Source of the DNA: Candidatus Sericytochromatia bacterium
GTDB taxonomy: Bacteria; Cyanobacteriota; Sericytochromatia; S15B-MN24; UBA4093
Direction: 5' to 3'
Assembly: GCA_036676455.1 (NCBI GenBank)
Contig: JAKFCW010000011.1
Coordinates: 128,268 to 192,267 of the forward strand
Length of the DNA: 64,000 nt
The notes beneath the pieces are model-generated. The model made no database searches, had not been told where the DNA came from, and was given only the letters and a program-made list of their open reading frames with translations. The translations under genes and the position numbers were made by a program. This document shows positions 14,083 to 22,290 of this stretch, one piece after another. Position 1 is the stretch's first letter. Each line of letters begins with the position of its first letter.

Positions 14083-16677
14083 ATGGGCCGCTACGTGCTG
14101 GAATTCCAGGAGATCGACCAAACGAAGATCGCGGCCGTCGGCGGCAAGGGCGCGAACCTTGGGGTGCTTTCCCGGATCGAGGGCATCCGCGTGCCGGCTG
14201 GCTTTTGCGTGACGACGGACGCTTTCAGGCGGATCATGGCAGAGGCGTCGTCGCTCGACGATAGGCTCGATCGGTTGTCGTGCCTGAAGCCGGACGACCG
14301 GGAGGCGATCCGCACGCTCAGCGCGGAGATCCGCCAGAGGCTCGAAGCGATCGCCATCCCCGACGATCTGGCGACGGCCATCATCCGCTCCCTCGCCCGA
14401 CTTGGCGAGCATGCGGCCTACGCCGTGCGCTCAAGCGCGACGGCGGAAGACCTGCAGGAGGCCTCTTTTGCGGGCCAGCAGGACACGTATCTGAACGTCG
14501 TCGGGTCGGCGGCAATCCTCCAGCACATCAGCCGCTGCTGGGCCTCGCTCTTCACCGAGCGGGCCGTGACCTACCGTCTGCACAATCATATCGACCACCG
14601 GACGGTCGACATGGCCGTGGTCGTGCAGCGGATGGTGTTCCCGCAGGCCGCGGGCATCCTGTTCACCGCTGACCCCGTCACCTCCAACCGGAAAGTCGCA
14701 TCCGTGGAGGCCTGCTTCGGCCTCGGCGAAACCCTGGTCTCCGGCCGGGTGAACGGAGATAGCTTCCAGGTACGGGACGGTGAGATCATCGCCATGGCGG
14801 TCGCCAAGAAGCAGCTCGCCAGCCTCGCGTCGCCGGCGGGCGGGACGCAGGAAGTGGCGATTGAACCCGATCGGCAGAAGCAGCCGGCGCTGAACACTGC
14901 GCAAGTCCTTCAGCTCGTGCAGCTTGGCCGGCGGATCGAAGCGCACTTCGGATGCCCCCAGGACATCGAATGGTGCCTGGTCGACGACGACTTCCAGATC
15001 GTCCAGAGCCGGCCGATCACCACGCTGTTCTCCGTCCCGGCGGCCGCCGACCAAGAGAATCACGTCTACGTCTCCGTCGGACATCAGCAAATGATGACCG
15101 ACCCCTTGAAACCGCTGGGGATCTCCCTGTGGCAACTGACGGCCTTCCGGCCCATGTTCGAGGCTGGCGGGAGGCTGTTCGTCGACGTCACCCAGGACCT
15201 CGCTTCGCCAGCAAGGCGCGCGGGCCTCCTGGCGGTCACGGGGAAATCCGATCCGCTGATCCGGGACGCGCTGCAGACCATCCTCGACCGTGGCGACTTC
15301 ATCCGGTTGCTCCCGGAGGAGGGTTCCGGCAAATCGCCGGCAGGCAGCGCGCCAGCCCCGATCGAGACGGATCCGGCCATCGTCGCCGAGCTGATCGGTC
15401 GCACCCAGGCCTCCATCTCCGCCTTGAAGCGCGACATCCGGACGAAGTCCGGATCGGCGCTCCTCGACTTCATCTTGGCGGACATCCAGGAGCTGAGGCG
15501 GATCTTGTTCGATCCGCAAAGCCATCGAGCCCTCATGGCGGGGATGGAGGCCACCTGGTGGCTCAACGAGCACCTGCATGCGTGGCTGGGCGAGAAGAAC
15601 GCGGCCGACACGCTCACGCTGTCTGCCCCCAACAACGTCACCTCGGAGATGGGGTTGGCACTCCTGGACGTCGCGGACACCATCCGCCCGTATCCGGATG
15701 TGGTCGCCTTTCTGCAGCATGTCGAGGACGAGGGATTCCTGGAAGAGCTTGTCGAGCTAGCAGGCGGGCGGGAAGCGCGCGACGCCATCCGGGCCTACCT
15801 CGACACGTACGGGATGCGCTGCGTCGGCGAGATCGACATCACGCGGCCGCGCTGGAGCGAATGCCCCACGACGCTCGTCCCCATGATTCTCGGCAACATC
15901 CGGAACTTCGAGCCGGGCGCCGGCGAGCGGCGCTTCGAGCAAGGGCGGCAGGAGGCCTGGAAGAAGGAACAGGAGCTGCTGGATCGCTTGCGGGCTTTGC
16001 CCGACGGGGAGCTGAAGGCCGAAGAGGCCAAGAGGATGATCGATCGGCTCCGGACCTTCATCGGGTACCGGGAGTATCCAAAGTACGGCATGGTTTGCCG
16101 CTACTTCGTTTACAAGGAGGCCTTGCTAGAGGAAGCCAAGCGCCTTGTGCAAGCCAACGTGCTGCGGGAGCAAGAAGACATCTTCTACCTCACGTTCGAG
16201 GAGCTTCACGACGTCGTACGCAATCATCCAGTGGACGACCCGCTCATCCGTCGGCGCAAGGACGCGTTCAGGGCATTTCAAGCCCTCACGCCGCCCCGGG
16301 TGCTCACATCCGATGGCGAGGCGCTCGCCGGGGCATATCGACGCGACGATTTGCCGGCCGGCGCGCTAGTCGGCTTACCGGTTTCCGCCGGGACCATCGA
16401 GGGGCGCGCCCGCGTCATCCTGGGCATGGAGGAGGCCAACCTCGAAGCGGGCGACATCCTGGTCACCGCCTACACGGATCCCAGCTGGACGCCTCTGTTC
16501 GTCGCGATCAAAGGTCTGGTAACGGAGGTGGGGGGCCTGATGACCCATGGGGCGGTGATCGCCCGGGAGTACGGCTTACCGGCCGTTGTGGGGGTGGAGC
16601 GCGCCACCCGGCTGATCCGGGATGGGCAGCGGATTCGCGTGCATGGAACGGACGGGTACGTCGAGATCCTTTCCTAG
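14083..16677 (+). CDS. rph: rifampin phosphotransferase family protein (PEP synthase-like: ATP-grasp, central domain, swivel His domain)
   Basis: ORF 14047..16677, start at the ATG at 14083 after GGAGAGAGGAG. MGRYVLEFQEIDQTKIAAVGGKGANLGVLSRIEGIRVPAGFCVTT; AVRSSATAEDLQEASFAGQQDTYLNV; C-terminal DILVTAYTDPSWTPLFVAIKGLVTEVGGLMTHGAVIAREYGLPAVVG. Length and motifs match RPH enzymes as I recall them. Confidence 0.8.
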   Translation: MGRYVLEFQEIDQTKIAAVGGKGANLGVLSRIEGIRVPAGFCVTTDAFRRIMAEASSLDDRLDRLSCLKPDDREAIRTLSAEIRQRLEAIAIPDDLATAIIRSLARLGEHAAYAVRSSATAEDLQEASFAGQQDTYLNVVGSAAILQHISRCWASLFTERAVTYRLHNHIDHRTVDMAVVVQRMVFPQAAGILFTADPVTSNRKVASVEACFGLGETLVSGRVNGDSFQVRDGEIIAMAVAKKQLASLASPAGGTQEVAIEPDRQKQPALNTAQVLQLVQLGRRIEAHFGCPQDIEWCLVDDDFQIVQSRPITTLFSVPAAADQENHVYVSVGHQQMMTDPLKPLGISLWQLTAFRPMFEAGGRLFVDVTQDLASPARRAGLLAVTGKSDPLIRDALQTILDRGDFIRLLPEEGSGKSPAGSAPAPIETDPAIVAELIGRTQASISALKRDIRTKSGSALLDFILADIQELRRILFDPQSHRALMAGMEATWWLNEHLHAWLGEKNAADTLTLSAPNNVTSEMGLALLDVADTIRPYPDVVAFLQHVEDEGFLEELVELAGGREARDAIRAYLDTYGMRCVGEIDITRPRWSECPTTLVPMILGNIRNFEPGAGERRFEQGRQEAWKKEQELLDRLRALPDGELKAEEAKRMIDRLRTFIGYREYPKYGMVCRYFVYKEALLEEAKRLVQANVLREQEDIFYLTFEELHDVVRNHPVDDPLIRRRKDAFRAFQALTPPRVLTSDGEALAGAYRRDDLPAGALVGLPVSAGTIEGRARVILGMEEANLEAGDILVTAYTDPSWTPLFVAIKGLVTEVGGLMTHGAVIAREYGLPAVVGVERATRLIRDGQRIRVHGTDGYVEILS

Positions 16678-16978
16678 CGAGGGCAGTCCGACAGGTACAC
16701 GGGCATTACGCGGTCAGGCAGCAATCGACGCTTCAGGGAGCGGATGCAACGCCCCCGCAGTTGCTCACGATCGAACGCGACTGAGGGGGCCACCGGTAGG
16801 GAAAGAGAGCCGGTTCCTAGGGCATTCCGTTCCTCAGGCCCCCTGCGCCAACTCGTCGAGCGCATGAAGCAGCACGCTTGCCCAGAGACCGAGCGAGGTC
16901 CGTCGCGTTCCCGCTCAGCCGAAGGGAATGACAGCCTAGAAGCCGGCAGCAGGTGAATGTCCTGCATGCCGGCTGTGC

Positions 16979-17377
16979 TCAGAACGGACCGGTCCCGAAG
17001 TAGATGCTGACGAACATCACAAGGCCAATCAAGGCCAGCACCAGGGCGATCGTCAGCGACATGGTGGTTTGAGCCTGCGCCACCCCCAGCCCCATGCGCT
17101 GCAAGGCTCGTCGATGCTGGAACACAGCGGCCACCAGGGTGAGGGTACCCAGCGCGATCAGGGTTAAGCCCAGGTTTCGCGCCGCATGGGGCCGGGCCAG
17201 ACCCTCAGACGCCCGCAGGTACTCGAAGAACTTGTAAATGGAGAAGCCGAAGCCGATCATCGAGATCGCACTCCGGATCCATGCCAGCAGGGTTCGTTCC
17301 GTCGCGAGGATGGTCCGTTGCAACGCGAGCTGGTTGGCGTCCGAGGTCACGGACGATCGGGGTTCGTTCATCGGCAT
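16979..17377 (-). CDS. DUF202 (YidH-like) membrane protein
   Basis: LALQRTILATERTLLAWIRSAISMIGFGFSIYKF followed by two more hydrophobic helices. It lies 30 nt downstream of the sulfatase gene on the same strand. Confidence 0.65.
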   Translation of the reverse strand: MPMNEPRSSVTSDANQLALQRTILATERTLLAWIRSAISMIGFGFSIYKFFEYLRASEGLARPHAARNLGLTLIALGTLTLVAAVFQHRRALQRMGLGVAQAQTTMSLTIALVLALIGLVMFVSIYFGTGPF

Positions 17378-17406
17378 TGCCTCTTCACCGAAACCGGGCG
17401 ATGGGC

Positions 17407-19746
17407 TCAGTCCTGCAGCAGCATGGCCGCAAGTTCGCGCTCCAGGTCACGATAGCGTTCGCCACTGACATCCACCAGCACCCGCTTGATCGAGCCGCCC
17501 GCGAACGCGTAGGGGGGCTGGTAATCGGTCGTCACGGCGGGAGTGCCACTCCTCCCCACCGTCAGCATGGAGTCGATGCCGAACAGGCTGGCCTGGGTGA
17601 TGAGGCGGGCTTCTCCGACCGGTTGATCGTCGATGTACAAGGCCGCCTGACCGACGGGGCTGGCGCCTTCTTGCCCATCCACGCGGTAGCGAACGCCCAA
17701 GAGGTGATGCCCCGCCGGAACCACCCGGCTTGAGCTCACCCGCTGGATCTTCTCCCCGAGCCAGTTGTAGACATAGTGCAGCCGACCGTCCTGCACGAAG
17801 AGCGCATGGCCTCCGATGCGCCGTCCCTGTGAGAACAAGACGCCTTGCGCATGTTCGCCCTCGAGGTAGACCTCGGCGACGATGTTGAACGATCGGCCAA
17901 AGAGGGGCGCTGCCACGCCATCCGGGACTCCGGCAGCCCCAGGGAAGTAGACGTATTGCGCGCGCGGCGCGGTCGGTCGGGGTCGGGGAGTCTGAAAGAG
18001 CTCGACGGCCGATCGGTCATCGAGCGGCAGCCCATGGTACTTACCCGCCAACACGTACCACATGGCCTTCATCTGCTCGAGCCGCTCCGGGTACTGCTCG
18101 GCCACGTTGCGGAGCTGGTTGCGATCCTGCTCCAGATGGAAAAGCTCCCACGTATCCTTGGCGAAGTGCCCCCAACCCGAGGGCATGGCGGGATGGATCG
18201 TGTTGGCCTGCCAGCCCTGGTACCAGATGCCTCGCGTGCCGAGCATCGTGTAGAACTGGGCCTCCTTCGCGGTGGGGGCGTTTCCGTCAGCGAACGTGTG
18301 CTTGAAGCTGACCCCTTCCAGGGGCGTTTGCACGTAGCCCTTCACGACTTCCGGCGGCGTCACGCCCAAGCAGTCATATAGCGTGGGGACGACGTCAATG
18401 GCATGGATGTACTGGTTACGGACCACGCCCTGGTCCTTGATGCCTCTCGGCCAAGAGATGATCAAGGGGTCGGCGGTGCCTCCCTCGTGGCTGACAAAGC
18501 GCTTCCAGAGCTTGAAGGGCGTGTTGAAGGCCATCGCCCATCCGGTCGGGTAGTGGTTGTAGGTTTGTTCGGACCCCAGCACGTCGAGGTACTTCATGTT
18601 CGTTTCGATGGTATCCGGCACGCCGTTGAAGAACTTCATCTCGTTGACCGAGCCGTTTGGGCTGCCCTCGGCGCTAGCTCCGTTGTCGGAAAGGGCCACG
18701 ATCAGCGTATTATCGAGTTGCCCCGTCTCCTCCAAAAAGTCGAGGATCCGCCCGATCTGGGCATCCGTGTAACTGAGGAAGCCCGCGTACACCTCGGCCA
18801 TGCGCGCGAACAGGCGCTTCTCGTCGGGCGAGAGGGTATCCCAGGGGCGCACGGTTTCCGCGATGGGCCATGGCTCGCCATCAGGGCCACGCATGTCCGC
18901 ATAGGGATTGAGAGGGGGCAACTGCGTCTCCTCTGGAACCAGTCCAAGCTTCTTCTGATTGGCGAGGACCTGTTCGCGGTAGCGGTCGTAGCCCATGTCG
19001 AACTTGCCTTTATACTTGTCCGCCCATTCGGGCCAGACATGATGCGGGGCATGCCCGGCGCCCGGGCAGAAGTACATCAGCCAGGGTTTATCCGGAGCGA
19101 TCGCCCGGGCGTCGGCGATGAACTCGATGGCCTTGTCAGCCAGGTCCTTGCTGAGGTGGTAGCCCTCGTTGGGCGTCGCGGGTGGTTCGACGGGATGGTT
19201 GTCGTAGACGAGATTGGGGTACCACTGATCCGTCTCACCGCCCAGGTAGCCATAAAAGCGCTCGAAGCCGCGGCCCAGAGGCCAGCGGATCTTGGTGCTG
19301 GAGAGGTTTTCCTCTTCCTGCGGGGTGAGGTGCCACTTGCCGAGGCAGAAGGTACTCCAGCCGTGTTCCACGAGCACTTCCGAAATCAGGGCATTCTCGA
19401 AGGGGATCCGCGCATTGCTTCCCGGGAAGCCCGTCGCCCCTTCCGTGATACATGCCATCCCGTTGCTGGTCGCATTCCGGCCGTTCAGCAGGCACGAGCG
19501 AGTGGGCGAACAGAGCGCCGTCGTGTGGAACTGCGAGTAGCGCAGACCCCGCTCTGCGATGCGCCTCATGGCGGGAACCTCAATGAGCCCCCCGTAGAGG
19601 TCGAATGCTCCGTAGCCCACGTCGTCCCAGACGATATAAAGCACGTTGGGCGCGCCTTCAGGGGGGCGGGGCGCCTCGTAGGGGGACCAGTCCGGGATCG
19701 CGTCGCGCGCATCAAGGGTGATCTTTCCACGAAAACGCTTACTCAT
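17407..19746 (-). CDS. arylsulfatase (formylglycine-type sulfatase with C-terminal lectin-like domain)
   Basis: ORF 17407..19869 trimmed to the ATG at 19746, which follows AAGGAGG. LYIVWDDVGYG; the C-x-P-x-R signature in TTALCSPTRSCLLNGRN; GKWHL. About 250 aa of extra C-terminal domain. Confidence 0.9.
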   Translation of the reverse strand: MSKRFRGKITLDARDAIPDWSPYEAPRPPEGAPNVLYIVWDDVGYGAFDLYGGLIEVPAMRRIAERGLRYSQFHTTALCSPTRSCLLNGRNATSNGMACITEGATGFPGSNARIPFENALISEVLVEHGWSTFCLGKWHLTPQEEENLSSTKIRWPLGRGFERFYGYLGGETDQWYPNLVYDNHPVEPPATPNEGYHLSKDLADKAIEFIADARAIAPDKPWLMYFCPGAGHAPHHVWPEWADKYKGKFDMGYDRYREQVLANQKKLGLVPEETQLPPLNPYADMRGPDGEPWPIAETVRPWDTLSPDEKRLFARMAEVYAGFLSYTDAQIGRILDFLEETGQLDNTLIVALSDNGASAEGSPNGSVNEMKFFNGVPDTIETNMKYLDVLGSEQTYNHYPTGWAMAFNTPFKLWKRFVSHEGGTADPLIISWPRGIKDQGVVRNQYIHAIDVVPTLYDCLGVTPPEVVKGYVQTPLEGVSFKHTFADGNAPTAKEAQFYTMLGTRGIWYQGWQANTIHPAMPSGWGHFAKDTWELFHLEQDRNQLRNVAEQYPERLEQMKAMWYVLAGKYHGLPLDDRSAVELFQTPRPRPTAPRAQYVYFPGAAGVPDGVAAPLFGRSFNIVAEVYLEGEHAQGVLFSQGRRIGGHALFVQDGRLHYVYNWLGEKIQRVSSSRVVPAGHHLLGVRYRVDGQEGASPVGQAALYIDDQPVGEARLITQASLFGIDSMLTVGRSGTPAVTTDYQPPYAFAGGSIKRVLVDVSGERYRDLERELAAMLLQD

Positions 19747-19874
19747 CCATCCTCCTTGAGCCTGTCCTGGCTCCGTGAAATCAAGATAGCCCTTCGGTCC
19801 TCGGGTGTCAGACGAGAACCCTCTACCGTCCAGTTCATGCAGGTCCAGCAGGGCTGCCCGTTTCCTCACTTGCC

Positions 19875-20135
19875 CTAGCCAGCTGCACGGGTCAGCATGA
19901 ACACGCCGAGCGCCAGGATGATCGTCGAGACCCGCCGGTCGACATGCGCGCGCAAGAGCCAGAACCGGTAGGCGGTCGCCACGACGTGTGGGACGGCGAC
20001 GGCGGAGACCACCAGCTTCGTTCCCACCCGGACGGCGAGAAGTGGGGTCAACAGGCTACCGATGCCGAAACCCGAGATGGCCGCGATCGCCCCCGCCAGG
20101 AACGCAACCAAGGCGACCAGCAGCTCCGGGATCAT
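19875..20135 (-). pseudogene. TauE/SafE-family permease remnant (86 codons)
   Basis: MIPELLVALVAFLAGAIAAISGFGIGSLLTPLLAVRVGTKL... matches the first two helices of TauE-type anion exporters, then ends after a single further helix. Full-length members are roughly three times longer. Confidence 0.4.
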
Positions 20136-20484
20136 CGCGGCGTGAACTGGCTCAGTTCGTAGAGGCCTAGCGCCTTCTCGAGATCCGAGACGGGAGCCGT
20201 GACGTGATCCATGCGCACCTCCCCGGGATGACCCTTGCACGCTTGCCCTGATTGAGACCGAGACCCTGAAGCGCACCCTAGAGGGAAGGATGCGACGGAC
20301 CATCCAACGGAACCGCCACATTTTCTTTCCGAACTCCGCAAGGCCAGGAAAGCGGGGATGGTCATAGCGTGAATCGTTGCATACGTCCCGTAGAAATTCC
20401 CAATGGCCCCCTCCCATCCTTGTGCAAGACTGAAGCGACAATTACCCAGCTTGCAAGGCCAGGTCTCTTGCGAAAGGAGTCTCC

Positions 20485-21255
20485 ATGAATCGCGTACTCG
20501 AGGGAAAGGTTGCCATCGTGACGGGTGCCGCCATGGGCATGGGCGAGGCGACGGCCAAGCTGTTTGCCGCCTCCGGCGCCAAGGTGGTCGTGGCGGACTT
20601 CAACGAGGCGAAGGGCCGAGCCGTCGTCGAGGCGATCACGCAATCCGGCGGTATCGCTCACTTCGTGAAGGTGGACATCTCCAAGTCCGATCAGGTGGCG
20701 GCCATGGTCAAGGAAACCGTGGACACGTTCGGACGCCTTGACGTCGCCGTGAACAACGCCGCGCTCACCCCTGACGACAAGCCGGTCGCGGAGTTCGACG
20801 AGGACTACTGGGATCGCCTCATGGCGGTCGACCTCAAGGGCACGGCGCTTTGCCTGAAGTACGAGCTGCGCCAGATGATTGCCCAGGGGCATGGGGGCTC
20901 GATCATCAACATCTCGTCGGTGAGCGGCTTCCGTCCCCAGCCCAGCACCGTGGCTTACGTGGCGGCCAAGCATGGCGTCAATGGCCTCACCAAGGTCGCG
21001 GCGATGGAGAATGGCCCTCACAACATCCGCGTCAACTCCGTGGCCCCCGGAGCCATCGATACGCCGATGCTGCGCGGAGCGCTGGAGCAGTTCGGCCTCG
21101 ACCCGGTGACCTACGCTCCGCAGTTGAGCCTGCTCAATCGCTTCGCCCAGCCCGACGAGGTCGCCCAGGCAAGCCTCTGGCTCGCTTCGGACCAGTCGTC
21201 GTACGTGACCGGCACCACCCTGCACGTGGACGCCGGCTACGTAAACGCTCGCTAA
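20485..21255 (+). CDS. SDR family oxidoreductase (FabG-like)
   Basis: LEGKVAIVTGAAMGMGEA (TGxxxGxG), NNAA, and the catalytic S...YVAAKHG (YxxxK). Confidence 0.9.
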   Translation: MNRVLEGKVAIVTGAAMGMGEATAKLFAASGAKVVVADFNEAKGRAVVEAITQSGGIAHFVKVDISKSDQVAAMVKETVDTFGRLDVAVNNAALTPDDKPVAEFDEDYWDRLMAVDLKGTALCLKYELRQMIAQGHGGSIINISSVSGFRPQPSTVAYVAAKHGVNGLTKVAAMENGPHNIRVNSVAPGAIDTPMLRGALEQFGLDPVTYAPQLSLLNRFAQPDEVAQASLWLASDQSSYVTGTTLHVDAGYVNAR

Positions 21256-21271
21256 CCCCCCTCCTCACGGA

Positions 21272-21300
21272 GCTCCGCCTTCGCGGCGGAGCCCTTTTTT
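21272..21300 (+). terminator. rho-independent terminator after the SDR gene
   Basis: GCTCCGCC-TTCGC-GGCGGAGC followed by CCTTTTTT. Confidence 0.7.
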
Positions 21301-21440
21301 GCGTGAAATGGGCCGGAGGGCGTGAAAAGCAAACGTGAGAATCCTCACACCTGCGCCGCAAAGATGCTCACTTGCTCTTTATGCCGTTCGCGACGACAAT
21401 GGGCGAAGTCACGTCACGATACCCAGACCCGGAGGATGTC

Positions 21441-21725
21441 ATGTCGCAGGAAAAAACGTTCGAGCAGTTGCAGGTCGAGCTGGTGGAGGCGCTGACGAAG
21501 GACGAGGCCCTCAAGGCCGCGTTCATCGCCAACCCCAACGAGGTCGCCTCGCGCGTGCTCGGCGTCCAGATCCCCTCGTTCATCAAGCTGATGCCCGTCG
21601 AGGTGCCTGCCAATACCCTCCTCTTCCCTTTGCCTGCCCGGCGGGAAGAAGGCGAGCTCACGGATCTCGACCTCGAACGGGTCGCCGGCGGCAAGTCCAT
21701 CAAGGGTAAGAGCATGCTCTCTTAG
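21441..21725 (+). CDS. NHLP-family leader peptide precursor 1 (84-aa leader, 10-aa core KSIKGKSMLS)
   Basis: ATG at 21441 follows GGAGG. MSQEKTFEQLQVELVEALTKDEALKAAFIANPNEVASRVLGVQIPSFIKLMPVEVPANTLLFPLPARREEGELTDLDLERVAGG fits the nitrile-hydratase-like leader pattern and ends in a double glycine. Confidence 0.8.
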   Translation: MSQEKTFEQLQVELVEALTKDEALKAAFIANPNEVASRVLGVQIPSFIKLMPVEVPANTLLFPLPARREEGELTDLDLERVAGGKSIKGKSMLS

Positions 21726-21821
21726 GGAGCCCAGCCCTCTCGTCGAGCCCCTCATGCTCCCCTGGATCGAAACGCCCCCCGAGACGGGGCCACCTCAGAA
21801 CCCACGAAGGAGAACACAGCC

Positions 21822-22229
21822 ATGTCGCAGGAAAAGACGATCGAGCAGTATCAGGCCGAGCTGATGGAAGCCCTGATACAGGATGAAGCCCTCAAGGCCG
21901 AATTCATCGCCAACCCCAACGAGGTCGCCTCGCGCGTGCTCGGCATCCAGATCCCGTCGTTCATCAAGCTGATGCCCGTCGAGGTGCCTGCCAACGCCAT
22001 CCTCATCCCCCTTCCCGCCCAGATGGACGAGGACGAGCTCTCGGATATGGATCTCGAGCTGGTCGCCGGCGGCAAGACCCAGGTCGGCAGAACCATCAAG
22101 ATGATGGGCTTGGCGCTAGGAACCGGCCTCACCTACATGTTCACCGGCAAAAACAGCAAGCAGACCGCCAACATGGTGGCGAAGTTCAGTGATGCGTATG
22201 GGGACGTCAGGCAACACGAGTACGATTAA
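21822..22229 (+). CDS. NHLP-family leader peptide precursor 2 (84-aa leader, 51-aa Cys-free core)
   Basis: ATG follows GAAGGAG. The leader is nearly identical to precursor 1 at both DNA and protein level and ends in LELVAGG. Core: KTQVGRTIKMMGLALGTGLTYMFTGKNSKQTANMVAKFSDAYGDVRQHEYD. Confidence 0.85.
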   Translation: MSQEKTIEQYQAELMEALIQDEALKAEFIANPNEVASRVLGIQIPSFIKLMPVEVPANAILIPLPAQMDEDELSDMDLELVAGGKTQVGRTIKMMGLALGTGLTYMFTGKNSKQTANMVAKFSDAYGDVRQHEYD

Positions 22230-22254
22230 GCTCCGGAAAAATCCCAGAAAAAAC

Positions 22255-22285
22255 CGAGGCGCCGGACGGATTGTCCGGCGCCTCG
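22255..22285 (-). terminator. terminator between the convergent precursor genes and export operon
   Basis: 13-bp stem CGAGGCGCCGGAC / GTCCGGCGCCTCG with a 5-nt loop. On the minus strand it is followed by GTTTTTTCT, giving a U-tract for the TolC-end transcript. It may also stop plus-strand transcription. Confidence 0.65.
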
Positions 22286-22290
22286 ACGCC

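Noticed and set aside
13786-14412. 208-aa minus-strand ORF spanning the methyltransferase-rph intergenic region
   Set aside because: It overlaps the rph-family 5' end in antisense. It has no start context or motifs, and the region contains a terminator-like hairpin and the rph RBS.
14431-15720. 429-aa minus-strand ORF, plus ORFs 14952..16784 and 15084..15788, which overlap the rph-family gene
   Set aside because: These are alternate-frame or antisense ORFs inside a gene with strong family motifs. Their composition is dominated by R, G, P and A. They are typical high-GC artefacts.
20362-21225. 287-aa minus-strand ORF antisense to the SDR gene, and the N-terminal extension (20136..20441) of ORF 19875..20441
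   Set aside because: The SDR on the plus strand has TGxxxGxG and YxxxK motifs. The extension upstream of MIPELL is Arg/Ser-rich with no membrane character, unlike the TauE-like part.
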